Shown one piece after another: positions 27,400 through 43,030 of a DNA stretch of 64,000 nucleotides. A program made the translations under genes and the position numbers. The notes beneath the pieces were generated by a model, which had not been told where the DNA came from, did no database searches, and saw only the letters and a program-made list of their open reading frames with translations. Every line of letters begins with the position of its first letter. Position 1 is the first letter of the stretch. The stretch is from Tubiluchus corallicola (taxonomy: Eukaryota; Animalia; Priapulida): contig JAQGDQ010000325.1 of NCBI GenBank assembly GCA_030141605.1, positions 124,001-188,000 on the forward strand. Reading direction: 5' to 3'.

Positions 27400-28418
27400 A
27401 TCCAGGTAAAAAAATCACAGGTAAAAAAGCCACAAGTAAAACGTCACAGGCAAAAAGTCACAGAAAAAATCCAAAGATTAAAAAGAATCAAAGTGAGAAA
27501 AGTCGAAAGTAAAAACGTCACATGTAAAAATTCACAGGCAAAAAGTCACTAAAAAAATTCACAGATAAAAAAGTCACAAGTAAAAAAGTCGCAAGTAAAA
27601 AAGTCACAGGTAAAAATTCACAGGTAAAAAAGTCGCAGGTACAAAGTCACAAGTAAAAAGTCACAGGCAGAAAGTTACAGAAATCATTCACAGGTAAAAA
27701 TGTCACAGAAAAAATTCACAGATAAAAAAGTCAAGGTAAAAAAGACACATGTAAAAATGTCACAGAAAAAATTTGCAGAAAAAAAGTCAAAAAAAAATTT
27801 GCAGGTAAAAAGTCAAAGAAAAAATCACAGATAAAAAAGTCAAGGTAAAAAAGACACAGGTAAAAATGTCACAGAAAAAATTCACAGATAAAAAAGTCAA
27901 GGTAAAAAAGACACAGGTAAAAATGTCACAGAAAAAATTCACAGATAAAAAAGTCAAGGTAAAAAAGACACAGGTAAAAATGTCACAGAAAAAATTTGCA
28001 GATAAAACGACAAAATAAAAAAGTTGCAGGTCAAAAGTCAAAGAAAAAATCACAGATAAAAAAGTTGCAGGTATAAAATCACAAAAAATTCGCAGATGAA
28101 ATTGTCACAAGTAAAATAGTTGCTGGTAAAAAGTCACAAAAAAATTCAGAGATGAAAATGCCACAAGTACAAAAGTTGCAGGCAAAAGTCACAAAAAATC
28201 AGAGGTAAAAAAGTCACAGAGAAAAGTGACAGGAAAAAAGTCACATGTGAAAAGTCACAAGTTAAAAAGTCACAGATGAAAATGTCATAGTAAAAAAGTC
28301 GCAAGAAAAAAGTCAGAGGAAAAAGCTCCAGGATCAAAAAGACACAGAAAAAAAAACAAAAATTTAAAGCTAACCATACACTTTTGCTTGTGACTTTTTT
28401 TGCTGTGACTTGTCACCA
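27400..28418. repeat. Degenerate 15-bp array (gtaaaaaagtcacag) with inverted terminal units; foldback-like element
   Basis: Dozens of variants of the unit, then inverted units ttgtgactttttttgctgtgac at 28388-28410. Confidence 0.8.
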
Positions 28419-28721
28419 AATAGTCGTGTTGAATCTTCTACTGTTTCAATATGATTTGAATTGTGATACACTACGCAAACATTATGGCACTGTTGACAAT
28501 GCTATTATTAATGTAGCAACAGACGTGCGGGAGTCATTATTAAAAGATGCGGTGATGATTGTCCAACGTCCACGCTGTTGTATGTCAATTATCGATTGAG
28601 ACAGAACCATTGGGAGTACACGGATGATACGAACAACTACTGACGTTAGATTTTCCAATTGCAAGCTTGGAAATTGGATTTAGACACCAGAAATATTACA
28701 GATCAATAGTGGGTACTTTAA

Positions 28722-29040
28722 AGGAAAACCGTACCCAATCTTAAACCATGGCTAATAGTAATGTACCCTGCAACTGTGCTACAATCAGTGTGATATACAA
28801 AATGTTTGCAAATTTTAGCTTTAAAATTCGTGTTTCAACTTTGCCGCTGTGCTAATCTATGAGCTCTCAAACAGTTGTGCGCTACGTCACAACTGAACTC
28901 CTTTATACTGAAAACTACAGCGCCTATTTTTTGTGCAACTCGTTTTTGAGATTCAAGTTCAAGTGTCCATCAAATTAGCGAGTGGTGAAAGAGCTACAAA
29001 CTAAATTACCATTTTGTCGTACAAATCATTCCGTTTTCCT
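28722..29040. mobile_element. Short TTAA-flanked MITE (Kolobok-like)
   Basis: TTAA|AGGAAAACCG...CCGTTTTCCT|TTAA with about 10-bp TIRs; the left end resembles 2406. Confidence 0.7.
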
Positions 29041-31404
29041 TTAATTAGGCCGATTTGTAGAAAAAACGGTTTATTTCAGGGTTTTTCAATTCTAGAACTC
29101 TAGCCATTATAATGAAACAATCCATATGAACAGGAGTGTATCAACACTTCACGACTCCCTAGGTTAACAGATCTAACCCGCCCATCTGTATTGTGAATTT
29201 ATTATTGATTATGTATTGAACAAGTTAAACAATTACTTGTGGTGCCTTGTATATGAACTGCATTTATATATATTTAGTCTGGGCAACTGCTTGTTGTGTA
29301 CTACCTGTACTTGTTCGTTATGGCCCTTATATAGCAACTTGTCTCGATAACTGCCTGTAGTGTGTTATACAATACTTGCTTTACATGAATATAAACAGAT
29401 ACACGTTGTCCGATGAGAAAAAGATTTTTTTAAAAATTATTCGCCTAAAATATACGACGCCCGTCAAACTTTGGCGTCCTAGGCTATAGCCTAGTTAGCC
29501 TCTTGGTTAATATGCCCTTGCATATGACAGATAGAGCCAGCCTGTCTGTCTATTTGTCTGCCAGTCAGCCTGCGTGGTCAATATGTGACTTCCAGCGTTT
29601 GACAGTGCCTTACAAACAGTACCGGTTGCTCTAATGACATTACTAAACATTGTTGTAAATTGCTGGTGGTTCAACGCAAACAATGCATACGAAGTGGCTT
29701 CGATCGATTCAGCATTCAAAATGCATGCTGGGAAAATTCAGCCGTTAATACGGGAGATAAGGGGAATCTTCGTTTAATGAATTGTTAATGACAGCCATTA
29801 CTGATTGACATACCCCTACTGTGTAGTGAATACAAGGAGACTGTCTGGTCTTTCTTATTACAAAACAGTAAATTGTCTAATGGATATGACGAAGTGTTGT
29901 GGTCCCGGGGTCTTTGGTTCAAATCCAAGCATGTGATTAGTTTATTATAATATGTTTCTCCTTGATGCCGTGATCAGTTGGCTGTTCACTTTGGACACAG
30001 CCACACAACGGCATTTATTTTGAGTCACATAGCAGAATGCCATGTTTATTTACTTTAGGAAAAAGCGGACAACGTTTTATTTTTTCACAGCTCCATCTAT
30101 CCGTGAAAATTGAAAATTAGTTTATTCAACATTTTGCCATCCAAAAATGGCTGCTAAACATTTTTTCACAAAAAAATTCAATAAAATCCCGAAGGCGTCG
30201 TGGACTGAATGTAAACAAACTTATAAATTTTCATAACGTCTTACGGCTCGTGTTTAAACTAATTAGTTACACCAATGAGTGAATACCAATGACTTGGTCT
30301 AATTACGTGACATCGTAAATAAATTAGTCTAGAATTGAATGTGATTGGAAGTGACAGTCTTTTACACAGTTAAAATGATCCACTTTGATAAGGGGGTGGG
30401 CAAAAATTTTAATTTGGTTTGTCCAGATTGGTGTATGTTGAAAAAAAACAAAAAAGCATTGTTTATATTTTTTGTTTACTTAATATTTTTTCTTTCATCT
30501 CTATTCTTCGTTCTCCTCCTTCTTTCCTTTTAGTTTCTTCTCTTTATTTCCCCTTTCCTTTTTCTGATTACCTTCGTCTTTCTCGTTCTTTTTTCTTTTT
30601 CTCTTTTCTGTTTTCATTTTTTCCGTCGTCTACCTTTCCCTTTTCCTTCTTTACTTTCTCTTTTAATTTTATTCTTTCATTTTTTCCTGATCTTTCCTCC
30701 ATTCTTTACTTCTTTCCTCTTCTTTCTTTACCCTTTCCTTCTATTATTCGTCTTTATTCTCATTTTTCCCTGTTTCTTTCATTTTTCTTTTCTCTTTCTA
30801 CTTTTTTCTTCCCTTTCTTTTCTTCCTCTTTTGCTTATCCCTGTTCATAATTTTGCTCGTTCGTTTTTAATTCATTTGCTCACCCATTCATCCGTTCATT
30901 CATGCACACTACAGTAGTATATGGTTTCAGTAAGGACTAATTAATTCAGTGACATTTTACTTGGCTTCTTGCGTGTTGGTAGTGGTTTCACTATTGAAAG
31001 CCTCAGCCTGGTTTCCAAGCAATTGCATGAAAAACATCAAAATATCAAATGTCATCCCATTCACAACTGTAACCACGTGTGATATTTACATAATGGCACA
31101 TTTCACAAGTCTGAAAGTACAGAAATCGTTTAGTAATGAAAGAGAGGATTAGATATTTACGATGGGTCAACACTCACTTTTGCTTCAGGCCTTGGACGGT
31201 CTGTGCACCAGGGTTCGATACCGGGTTGGGACGATCTTTATCTTGTATTGTAAATAAAACTTAAATTTCTGAATTGCACAGTTAAGGCTGTTCCAGATAT
31301 ATTGTCACAGTTTTTTTGTGGATCGCAAAATTGGAAACTTGATGACAGTTGTATGATGCCATTGATACAGCTTGGAATGCTGGCGTTAGGAAGCTATGAC
31401 AATA

Positions 31405-32161
<757 letters not shown>

Positions 32162-33116
32162 AATATCTGAGACCCCTTTGCTATTCATGCAAACTCGTTC
32201 AGGTGGCTTTTCAATCCTGTTACGCACTTCTGGAACTATTTCGACACCTCCAAATTGAATTCTTCAAAAAATCTTGCAAATTTTGCACTTTCAAAGCAGT
32301 GTGACGTCACTCTTGGGAGTTTTCATTTTCCCAGGTGTTGACAGGTACTGATTTATGAATACCAGGTGAGAGACAGAATCATAATTAGTGAACGTCCCAT
32401 ATAAATTATAGTCATTAATGTCAAACGCGTGTCTGCAGACGGTTAATGTGATTCTGTTTTTACCGAAATTGATGCTCAGGGTTTGCTGAGTTCAGGTATT
32501 CCCACTCAGGTGAGTTTTTAACTCTTTCCAGCTCGCTCAGAGTGAAATGTTACCCAAGATAGTTAGGTAATTACCTTTTCAAGAATTGAGAAAGGTCAGG
32601 AGAATGCCAGAAATGTCAGTAGGTCAACTGCTTTTGGGGGACATCAATAATGTCACCTCTGATAGTTTTCTGCAATTAATTCACTTCAATTTATTTCCGG
32701 TTGTAATAATCTCTGTATGGGTTGTGCGAGTCTACAATTACTATTTGCTTTCTCAAGCTTTAGTAGGTTAGTCAACTCATTGCTGGAAATCTCTGATGTC
32801 AGCTCTGATTGTTCCTGCTGTTAATTCACTTCAATTTAACTTTGTTTACCCACATTCAAGGTGTTAGTTAAATTTTTATCGTTGCAAAGAGCAGCGTGTT
32901 TTCAACTAAGAGGCAGAAATAAAGGAATTATGTGACAAATGTTTAATTGCTTCATAATTATATTATACAATTAGATTTCATGGTTTACTTCAGTTCATCG
33001 TTAAAATTGACCCACTGACATACAGACGGACTGGCTGATTGACTTCTGTCTTATGTAGGGTGGATAAGATAAACTGGTCAGCCTTGTTAATGGGCTGACA
33101 AATTTAATAACTAAGG

Positions 33117-33345
33117 CTGACTGACTGAGTGAGTGACTGACTGTCGACTGATTGACTAACTGACTGACTGACTGATTGACTAACTGACTGACTGACTGAT
33201 TGACTGAGTAACTGACTGACTGACTGACTGACTGACTGACTGACTGACTGACTGACTGACTGACTGACTGACTGACTGATTGACCGACCGACCGACCGAC
33301 CGACCGACCGACCGACCGACTGACTGACTGATCCACTGACCGACT
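33117..33345. repeat. (GACT)n/(GACC)n microsatellite
   Basis: Direct reading. Confidence 0.95.
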
Positions 33346-33515
33346 AATTTAACTAGCTGATTCTCAAGCCGTATTTACAGCAGTGTTTCAGTGAAGGCAC
33401 TTCTAAAAACCTGAAATTAAAATAAAATTAAATTGAACCCAAGCTGAATTTAACTGAATTTAACTGGGTGTAAATACGTAGCATTATAACTGCGTGTGTT
33501 TTTTTCAGTTGATCT

Positions 33516-33609
33516 ATGAGTAGCAATGTGGCAGCAGCAATCATGATGACGCAAGCCTCCATTGTTGTGGAAGTGATTTCATTGTTTCTGTTCGCATTGT
33601 CCAAGTATT
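33516..33609 (+). CDS. RET: RET-like receptor tyrosine kinase, coding exon 1 (signal peptide); not in ORF track
   Basis: Acceptor gtttttttcag at 33508, ATG at 33516, MSSNVAAAIMMTQASIVVEVISLFLFALSKY, donor T|GTAAGT phase 1. Joins in frame to the next exon to give ...SKYSDGLDFVRDNY (human RET LGLYFSRDAY, recalled). Confidence 0.75.
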
Positions 33610-33745
33610 GTAAGTATTCATAACGAAGGTTTCTACTTAAGCGATAAGCTATTGTTGTATGCAGTCAATAGTTAAGTTAGGTTAGGTTAGGTTAGCATTG
33701 TCGTTGCCTTAAACGTTGTATGGTCAGGACGGATCCTGATTTTCT

Positions 33746-34335
33746 TAGGGTTACCGAACGTGCCTTATATACGGGACATGTCCCATATTTTGTTCCCTGG
33801 CCCCTTATTGACCTTTTAAGGACACCCAAACGTCCCGTATTTAGTTCATTTTCAAATTTCCTAATAAAAATATATTTTACTGCCTTCTTAGGGTTCTTAG
33901 TAGTAACTAAGAAGTACGGTTCTTTTGAGTAATATGAGTAACTATGGTTCTTTTGAGTAATGTGAGTAACTATACTTTCTCTTCTCAGGTTCTCTTGATG
34001 AAAATACCCCGAATGTAACGATTAAATATTAATAATATATCTCCGTTATCTACACTAAATAAATAAATATTTTCAAATGATTTCACTTTTATATATATTT
34101 TAGCTTGTATTAAATAATTTTTAAATAATTTTACTTTTGTTTTCCCCATGACGCATTAAAATCCTCTCTTAATGTTTTAAACTTATGTCTCGGTTTTATA
34201 TAATATATTGCTGTGGGTGTGTAGACATGTATAAATTTATACATAGATTTATACGTACATAAAGTTATATATATATGCATAGAAAGAGATTATAAGAGCG
34301 TTGCATATTTCTCGTTTTTTAATCTGGCAACCCTA
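33746..34335. mobile_element. hAT-like MITE
   Basis: Termini TAGGGTTACC / GGCAACCCTA; 8-bp flanks gattttct / ggctttct (6/8). Confidence 0.68.
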
Positions 34336-34630
34336 GGCTTTCTGAATCCGTACGCATGCGCAAATAGTAAGAAAATGGCCTACAAATCTGACAGTTTTTC
34401 AGAGGAAATTTTAGAAGTGTAGAAATTTTTGAGACCAGTTTTGAGTATCTTTTATGGCGAAAGGAATTGTCTAAGCCTACGTAGATCACAATCGTTAGTA
34501 GACGTCTTTTTCCGTAAAGCATTTTACCAACAATACGAGAGCTCGAGTTCAAGCCTCGCTATAGGGAGAATTTTTCTAGCCTGCCATACTCACGTGTTTT
34601 TTCCACAACTAAACGAGTTATTAAGATTAA

Positions 34631-35339
34631 AGCACAAGAAAACCCTTCATAAACATAAATTTTGAAAAATTCGTTGTGAAATTTTATATCGCTTACATAC
34701 TGCCTTTTTGCATACAGGACTTCAGTCGGCAGTCACGCTGTATAAAACATGCAAATTTTAACTCCCGCGATGACAGTTAGACGCAGTCATTTTCACGACA
34801 GGTCATTTGAAGCAAGTTTAGATAACATTTTGTAAAGTTTGAAAAAATAATCAGAGCATTCGTAGCATACAAGTCAGTAACAAAATAAAATTTAAAATTA
34901 CTGTATCTTGTCAATAAGATTAAAAATACGTTTTTTGGTTAGTGAGTGGTGCACCCCGGTGGGTGAGTCAGCGGCATTTTACTAATTGGTGAAAACATTA
35001 TAAAATAATTAATAATTTTCTTTTCTAGTTACATTATATTACATTACAAGTCTTTCTAGCAGGTAAGCGAAAATCTAAGTAACATAGATTTTCACGGAAA
35101 GTCTTTTGAGACATAATTTAACATTACCTTTTCTGCCCTTGATTTACGTTTGGAACATGACGTCATGCAATGGCGCGATCGGAACAGTATTGCGGGAGAA
35201 ATTGAAAACGATTAAAATGAAAACAAACTAAAATTTCTTTCAGTGCGAGTAAGATATACGCATAAAATTGCTATAAAGTAATATAATTCTTTAAGGCGAT
35301 TTTTCTGAAACCTGCTTGTGGTACCCCTTTTCTTGTCCT
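34631..35339 (+). mobile_element. TTAA-flanked MITE (Kolobok-like), family 2
   Basis: TTAA|AGCACAAGAAAA...TTTTCTTGTCCT|TTAA TIRs; direct homologue of 45045-45713. Confidence 0.8.
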
Positions 35340-35959
35340 TTAAACAATCTTTCCGTGGTGAAGCAGCTCATACGTCTATTTTGAGACAACGCAACCACGG
35401 GAATATTTGCGAAATTGTACACAGCGATCTTTCCAGTGGAACAAAAATTTAATGAAGATGATAATTACGTCATTTCCTTTGGGAAAATAAGTCGTCTTTG
35501 CAGTCAATTGGCTTGAAGTCTTTGATGTAAAGACAACAAAGCGAAAACGGCTATGATTAATAATATTTTAGACGAACGAAGTTCTACTGCACAAATGCTA
35601 AGATTTCAGCAGAAGTCAATACTGTCTAGGGTCGTGTTTTCTCAAAACAGACCTACAAGTTGCATCATTCCAAGAAACGTTGTTCATTAATTATTTAGTT
35701 TTAATAATTGACTTAGGTTTCGTTTAATTATCAGATAAGTTTTGTAAGGTAGATAAATTCTGTCTATCGAGAGACGTGAACCCGAGGTCTTATTCTGACG
35801 GTAGAACACAACGCTTGCCAAGTAAAAAAATTCTGCCTAGTGTGAGACTTGAACTCGAGCTCTCTTTTGACAGTAGTACCAACTTTTCATAACGAAATCT
35901 AACCGAGACAGTTAGTATCTGTTAAACTAGACATCGTTTAAGGCAACTGCAGCATAATG

Positions 35960-36462
35960 CTAACCCTAACCAATCTAACCTAACCTAACCTGACCTGACC
36001 TAATCTGACCTAACCTAATCTAACATAGCCTAACCTAACCTAACCTAACCTAACCTGAGCTGACCTGATCTGACCTAACCTAATCTAACATAGCCTAACC
36101 TAACCTAACCTAACCTCACCTGATCCGACCTAACCTAATCTAACATAGCCTAACCTAACCTAACCTAACCTAACCTAACCTAACCTAACCTAACCTAACC
36201 TAACCTAACCTAACCTAACCTCACCTGAGCTGACCTAATCTGACCTAACCTAATCTAACATAGCCTAACCTAACCTAACCTAACCTAACCTAACCTAACC
36301 TAACCTAACCTCACCTGAGCTGACCTGATCTGACCTAACCTAACCTAATCTAACTTAAGCTGACCTAACCTAACCTAATATAACTTAACTCGTCCTGGCC
36401 TGGCCTGGCCTGACCTGACCTGACCTGACCTGACCTGACCTGACCTGACCTGATCTGACCTG
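35960..36462. repeat. (CCTAA)n / (CCTGA)n pentanucleotide tract with a higher-order repeat
   Basis: Direct reading; ctgacctaacctaatctaacatagcc recurs four times. Confidence 0.92.
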
Positions 36463-37139
36463 AGGATTTATTATTCACACCTTCATTTACTCGTTTGTTT
36501 ATGAGTTTGCTGCTCACTCATTCTAACAATCATTTGCCTGTCAATTTTTTTGTTTCTTAGTTGATTCTTTTTACTCATTCTTTCGTCTCCTTGATTCATT
36601 CTCTCCTTCGCTCCTTCGCTCACTTTTAATTAATCCTTTAATCCTTTAATTAATCCTTTCCACAGTCAATAAATTTCACTTTATTATTTCATTTTTTATT
36701 CAGTTTTTCGCTCCTCTCCCCTTCACTCACTGTAACCTTAGTAACTCATTCATTGTTTCAATGTCACTACTTTCTAATTTTCTTCATATTAAACTTTAGA
36801 ACTTAATAAGTAAAAGTGGAAATCTTTGTAGCAGAAGCTAAATTTATCCTGTACAGCTTTTCAGAAGTAGAAGTGATAGCGTGTCGTCGTGATTGAATTA
36901 ACCAGTCCTCTTTGAGACTTCGTTAACAATCAATTTACAAGTAATTTACGGCTGAAATTGATGATTAAACTAGCGTAACGTTAGAGGAGATTTTTGCCCT
37001 CTGGGGACGAATCGTCCTAAAAAGAGGAGAAATTGATTTTACGCTGGTTAAACATGCGCTTAGGAAACCGCTAGAGGCCCCACTGTAGCTGGAGATGTAA
37101 TTTGTGACAGTCGTTATGTACACTATCAAGCAGCCACGA

Positions 37140-38930
37140 AATAGATTTTTATTTTGAAAACCTTTTACTTCGTGAAAGTTCTCGCGAAGTTCGTGGTTTT
37201 CTTGTGATGAAAATCTTGTTGTAATAAAGTACCTGCCGTGAACGTTCTTATTTTGAACGTCTTGCTACGATAAAGTTCCTAAAATGTACCTTCTTATTTT
37301 GAAGATCTTAGCACAACGAAGTACCCGCAAAGTACGATATTACGTTAAAAACCTTTCTACGATAAAGTACCCACAATTTACGTTTTTATTTTTAAATAAC
37401 GATAAAGCACCCGCATAATGTAAGCACACACAATTTTTACGTATTTAGGTTTTTTAACCTTACTATGCATACCCCAAGTACGTTATTCGTTATTATGTCA
37501 AAAAACTTTCTACGATAAAGTACCCACAATTTACGCTTTTATTTTTAAACTACGATAAAGCACCCGTCTAATGTACACAGAATTTTTACGTATTTAGATT
37601 TTAATCTTACTACGCATACATAAAGTACGTTATTATATCAAAAAACTTTCTACGATAAAGTACCTACTATGTTCTTGAATTTAAAATCTTACTACAAAAA
37701 AGAGCCCACACAAATTGTGCTGTTACATTGAAAATCTTTCTACAATAAAGAAAACCAAAAATATACGTCTTTATTTTTAAAACTTACTATGGCAAAGTGA
37801 CCACACAAATTACGTTGTTACGTTGAAAATGTTTTCGCGATGACGTACCCGCATCATACATGATTTTTTCTGCAATTTTACTACATTAAAAAGCCCATAC
37901 GTTATGATGCTGAAAGTCTTTTTACGTAAAAACCCACAATAAACGTTTTTGTTTTAAAAACCTTACCACGGTGAAGTGGATACACAATCTACGTTATTAC
38001 TTTGAATATCTCTCTATGATAAAGAACCCACATTATACGTTGTTTTTTAAATTTTACTAAGATAAACAACGCACACAAAGTAAGTTACTACCTCGAAAAA
38101 GTTGCCCACAACATACGATTTTATTTTTTAAATCACAGTTTGATATACGCAAATACAAAATAGGTTATTACGTTAAAAAATTTTTTACGATAGAACACCA
38201 CGACATAGGTTTTTTACAAGCTTAATACGATATCTTGAAAATATTACTACGATTAACCCTTACAGGGTCACGGGGGGGGGGGGTAAAAATACCGGTTTTT
38301 TGCATTTTACCCTTTTACCATACGCATCCCAGTAAACCTTTTCTATGACTTTTTCTAAATATGTTTTGTGCACAAAATACTTTCAGTTATTTATTTTAGG
38401 CGCATTGTCTCACCACGAAATAAAAGTGAAAATGCAATATGTCGATTTTTTAAAATTGTCGAAACTTTACTTCGCTTGTCTATACATGATACTGGCGATG
38501 TATCTGATAAACAAAATGTCGGTTACTCAAATTACTCCACCTAAAAGAAGAAAGCAGTAGACAATAAATTCAAAATAACAATGATTTTTGCACACGCGCT
38601 AGCAATGTCGGTTGTCTACAGTTATTCCAGCATAGATAAGGGAGCGTAACTAAGTGAATTTAAATTTCGTATGACTAGTAAGTCACATGTCTTTAAGCAG
38701 AGGTATAATGTATCCTATGGTGGTCAACATAACCACAAATTATGCTGTTGCTGTTTATTAATGGAACACGGCGGTTTATCAAAAGTAATTTACGAATTAT
38801 GGTGGGGGTTAATCCCCCCCCCCCCGGTTACCAGAATCGGTTGTAAAAAAATCGTGACCCAATAAGGGTTAAGTACCAACAAGGTACGTTTTAATTTCCA
38901 AAATTTTATCACGACAAAGTACAGAAAAAT
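37140..38930. repeat. Old degenerate minisatellite (tacgataaagtaccc... units) interrupted by the piggyBac MITE
   Basis: Recurrent tacgataaag/taccc/ttacgtt motifs; the repeat resumes after 38872. Confidence 0.75.
38257..38868. mobile_element. piggyBac-like MITE
   Basis: TTAA|CCCTTACAGGGTCACG...CGTGACCCAATAAGGG|TTAA; 14/16 TIR match, CCC/GGG termini, TTAA TSD. Confidence 0.85.
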
Positions 38931-40194
38931 TGTTGTCACTGAATGTGCAATTAGTAGTTTTTTTATTTATACCAAATAGAAACATGTAAAAACTACATAA
39001 GTAGGATTATTTATAATGTATCATTTAATTTTAGTTTTTTATATTTTGTGGATTTTTTTCTGGATTATATTTGGGTTACACACAGGTGTTGACGTATTTC
39101 CAGGAATATTTGCTTGCATTAAGGATTTCCGGCGCGCTAGGAAAGTTGTATTTGATATGTCTATTCAATGAAACATTTACGCTATGATTCAAGGAAGCGA
39201 TATCCGATACCTGAACATTGCCAAGCCTGTTAACATTCATTATTAATTAGCACTGCTGCTTGCGAAATCAATAATGATTATGACGAATCACGAACACGGG
39301 TCGTGTTCGTTCAGGTACACAGGTGGTGATTAGATAGGCTGCAGGTACCTGACTTGATCAATTCTTTTGGATTTTCATGGGTCTTTGTGATTTCTAGTAG
39401 ATTGTGAGAGTGATTAGTTAGTGGGTTAGTCAGTCAGTCAGTCAGTCAGTCAGTCAGTCACTCATTTGGTCGCTCGGTTAGTCGGTCGGTCATTCATTCA
39501 TTCATTCAGTAAGTCAGTCAGTCACTCAGTCACTCATTTAGTCGGTTGGTTGGATGGTTAGTCGGTTGGTGATTTATTCATTAATTCATTCATTCAGTCA
39601 GTTAGTCAGTCAGTCAGTCGTACTCGGTGAAGTACACAAGTGATTGCGAAGGTTACCTGATTTGATTAATGTATGAATTTTCATGTCTTTTGGCAGTGAT
39701 AGGATGAAAATGTAATTTGTTAGTGCGTTAGTCAGTCGGTCAGTAATTTTGTTGATGAAGGTTGTGACTAAATAAGAAGAAATTATATGAATTAAATAAT
39801 TTTCAGTTTTTTATTTTTCTTTTCGGATGTTCGCATGTTATAAGTGCGATTACTGAGTCAGTCAATCAGTTAGTAAGTTTGTCAGATGATATTTCGACAA
39901 TTATGAATGAGGAGTTGCCGTTTAGTTTTTTACGATTGTTTTCATTGATGGTCTGTCTGTTAGTTAATTAATCAGTCGGTCGGTTGTTTTTATTATAAAT
40001 ACAGTACAGTATCTGTTTTTATTTAGCAAAATATTTACTTAATTCTATTTATTTCTTCCTTCACATTTTCATTCATTCGCTCCTTTGTTCTTTTGTTTTT
40101 TCTTTGCTTTTTGTCACTTAATATTTGCTTACCTTTTGTTCGTTCGTTTCTTCATTCATTCACTATTTTACTCGCTCACTCATCTAATAGCAAA

Positions 40195-40690
<496 letters not shown>

Positions 40691-41719
40691 GCTTGTATAT
40701 TTTCGTTCTGTGATTAATGCATTTAGTCGTTCAATGATTTACTTTGTCGGTCCCTTCATTTAGCCATCCACGTTTTTGTTGATGCATTCATCCGTGACCT
40801 CACCCCTCATTTACTCGTTAATTTCTCTTTTATTCGTTCGTTTAATAATTAATTTATTCCGTCTTTCCGATTTGTGATATTTTCTTTCAATCAGCTTCAC
40901 ATGTTTTAATTATCGAACAAAAGCTTTTCGTCAAGGAAATAACAGAGCGTGAAGCTCAAATAGCAAAGAAAATTTAAATAAAAATGAAAAATCTCTTTTC
41001 CGCTAGTGACTTTACACACTGGGCAATTAGTTGCAACAAACTGAAGCTGAATTAAATATACTTTCATCGTTATTTCACGCCAAATCACAAATTCTCCAAA
41101 TACAATTAAAGGCTTGCATTACCACAACAGATATTAAAGTTTTTTTAATGCACTATAATGATTACTCATAGAATTCGTGGTTATTATTATAAAATCTACC
41201 ACCACATGTGAATGATGCTCCAACTGTAAATCCTGGCAACAGAAAATTGTTTAGAAACTGGTTATTTCATGTTGATTTCAGCAAATTTTTACTTTTTAAC
41301 AGACTCTTGTAAGTAGCTATTTAGTTCTTTGTGCTTTTTACCGTAATCTTCTACTTATATTATTATTATTATTACTTTGTTTTAATTCGCACTGTTTTTG
41401 TAGTATCCTTTATTATTTTATTTCACTTTTTAACTGCCTTGTCACTCGTGTATTGCACTTTGAAGGTTACGAAATAAAATAAAATAAAAAGAGACTGAAC
41501 TTAGATATCTTACATTTTTCTGACGAATTTCGAACACGTGTTTTGCTGTAAAGATCGCCATGTTTCGCGTGTTTGGCGAGAGTGAGCGAGAATGACGTAT
41601 ATAAAGCAGAAAGCGTCTTTGGTTACCGATGTTTGTTTACCGATCTTTGGTGACTTCGTGACAGTACTCATTTGCTGTCCTATCACGTGTAACAGTCAAT
41701 CAGATAACTAGTAACAGGG

Positions 41720-41960
41720 TGATTTAGTCTAGTGGTAACTCGTCCACTTTTCATCTGAGAGGTCGTGAGTTCGAACCAGCAGCCGGGTAATACCAAAGAC
41801 TTTAAAATGCTACCTGCTGTTGCCCTGCCTGGCACGCGGTATTTAGGGTAAAAGTGGGGTAATAACAGTCTCTGTTATGTTGCTGTGGATTGTTATTTAC
41901 AGTCAATGGAGAAACTCTTTCGAGCTTATGTTAATTGTTCACATAGTAATAATAATAATT
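41720..41960 (+). mobile_element. tRNA-derived SINE, same family as 17921
   Basis: Aligns by eye along its length to 17921-18140 and is followed by a TAA/TTA tract. Confidence 0.85.
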
Positions 41961-41973
41961 GTTCACGATTTTA

Positions 41974-42224
<251 letters not shown>

Positions 42225-42639
42225 TGTGTAACCACCAAAGCAATTTCATTGTTTGCGTTCATTAAACTACGTTCTCCGTATAGTTAAAGTGAAGCTTTAA
42301 AAAAGACAATTTTTCGATTCAGCTGCCGTATTTCTTCTTACCTGGGAGGTCAGCTAACTGGCAGCTCAAAGTGCTTCTATTCTCGCCAGGTAGGCGGCGT
42401 GCTACTCAATACCGTCTAGGTTTTGAAAATTCCTAGTCAACTCAATCTGATTTTGACATGAAAACACTATTAAGCTCATTAAATTGGCAAATTTGCACTA
42501 GATGCATAGAGAGAGGTGTTTTTGTTATAACTGCAGTTAGCGATTCCCATGATGGAGAAAGTAGTTAAATTTAATGGCGTGGTGAAAGACAGGGCGGATC
42601 TTGTGAATTCTGGTATAGGGTGGCACTCGGTACAACACC

Positions 42640-43030
<391 letters not shown>

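Noticed and set aside
28384-28599. 71-aa ORF next to the 15-bp array
   Set aside because: TTG start inside the repeat, no recognisable motif, no clear splice pair.
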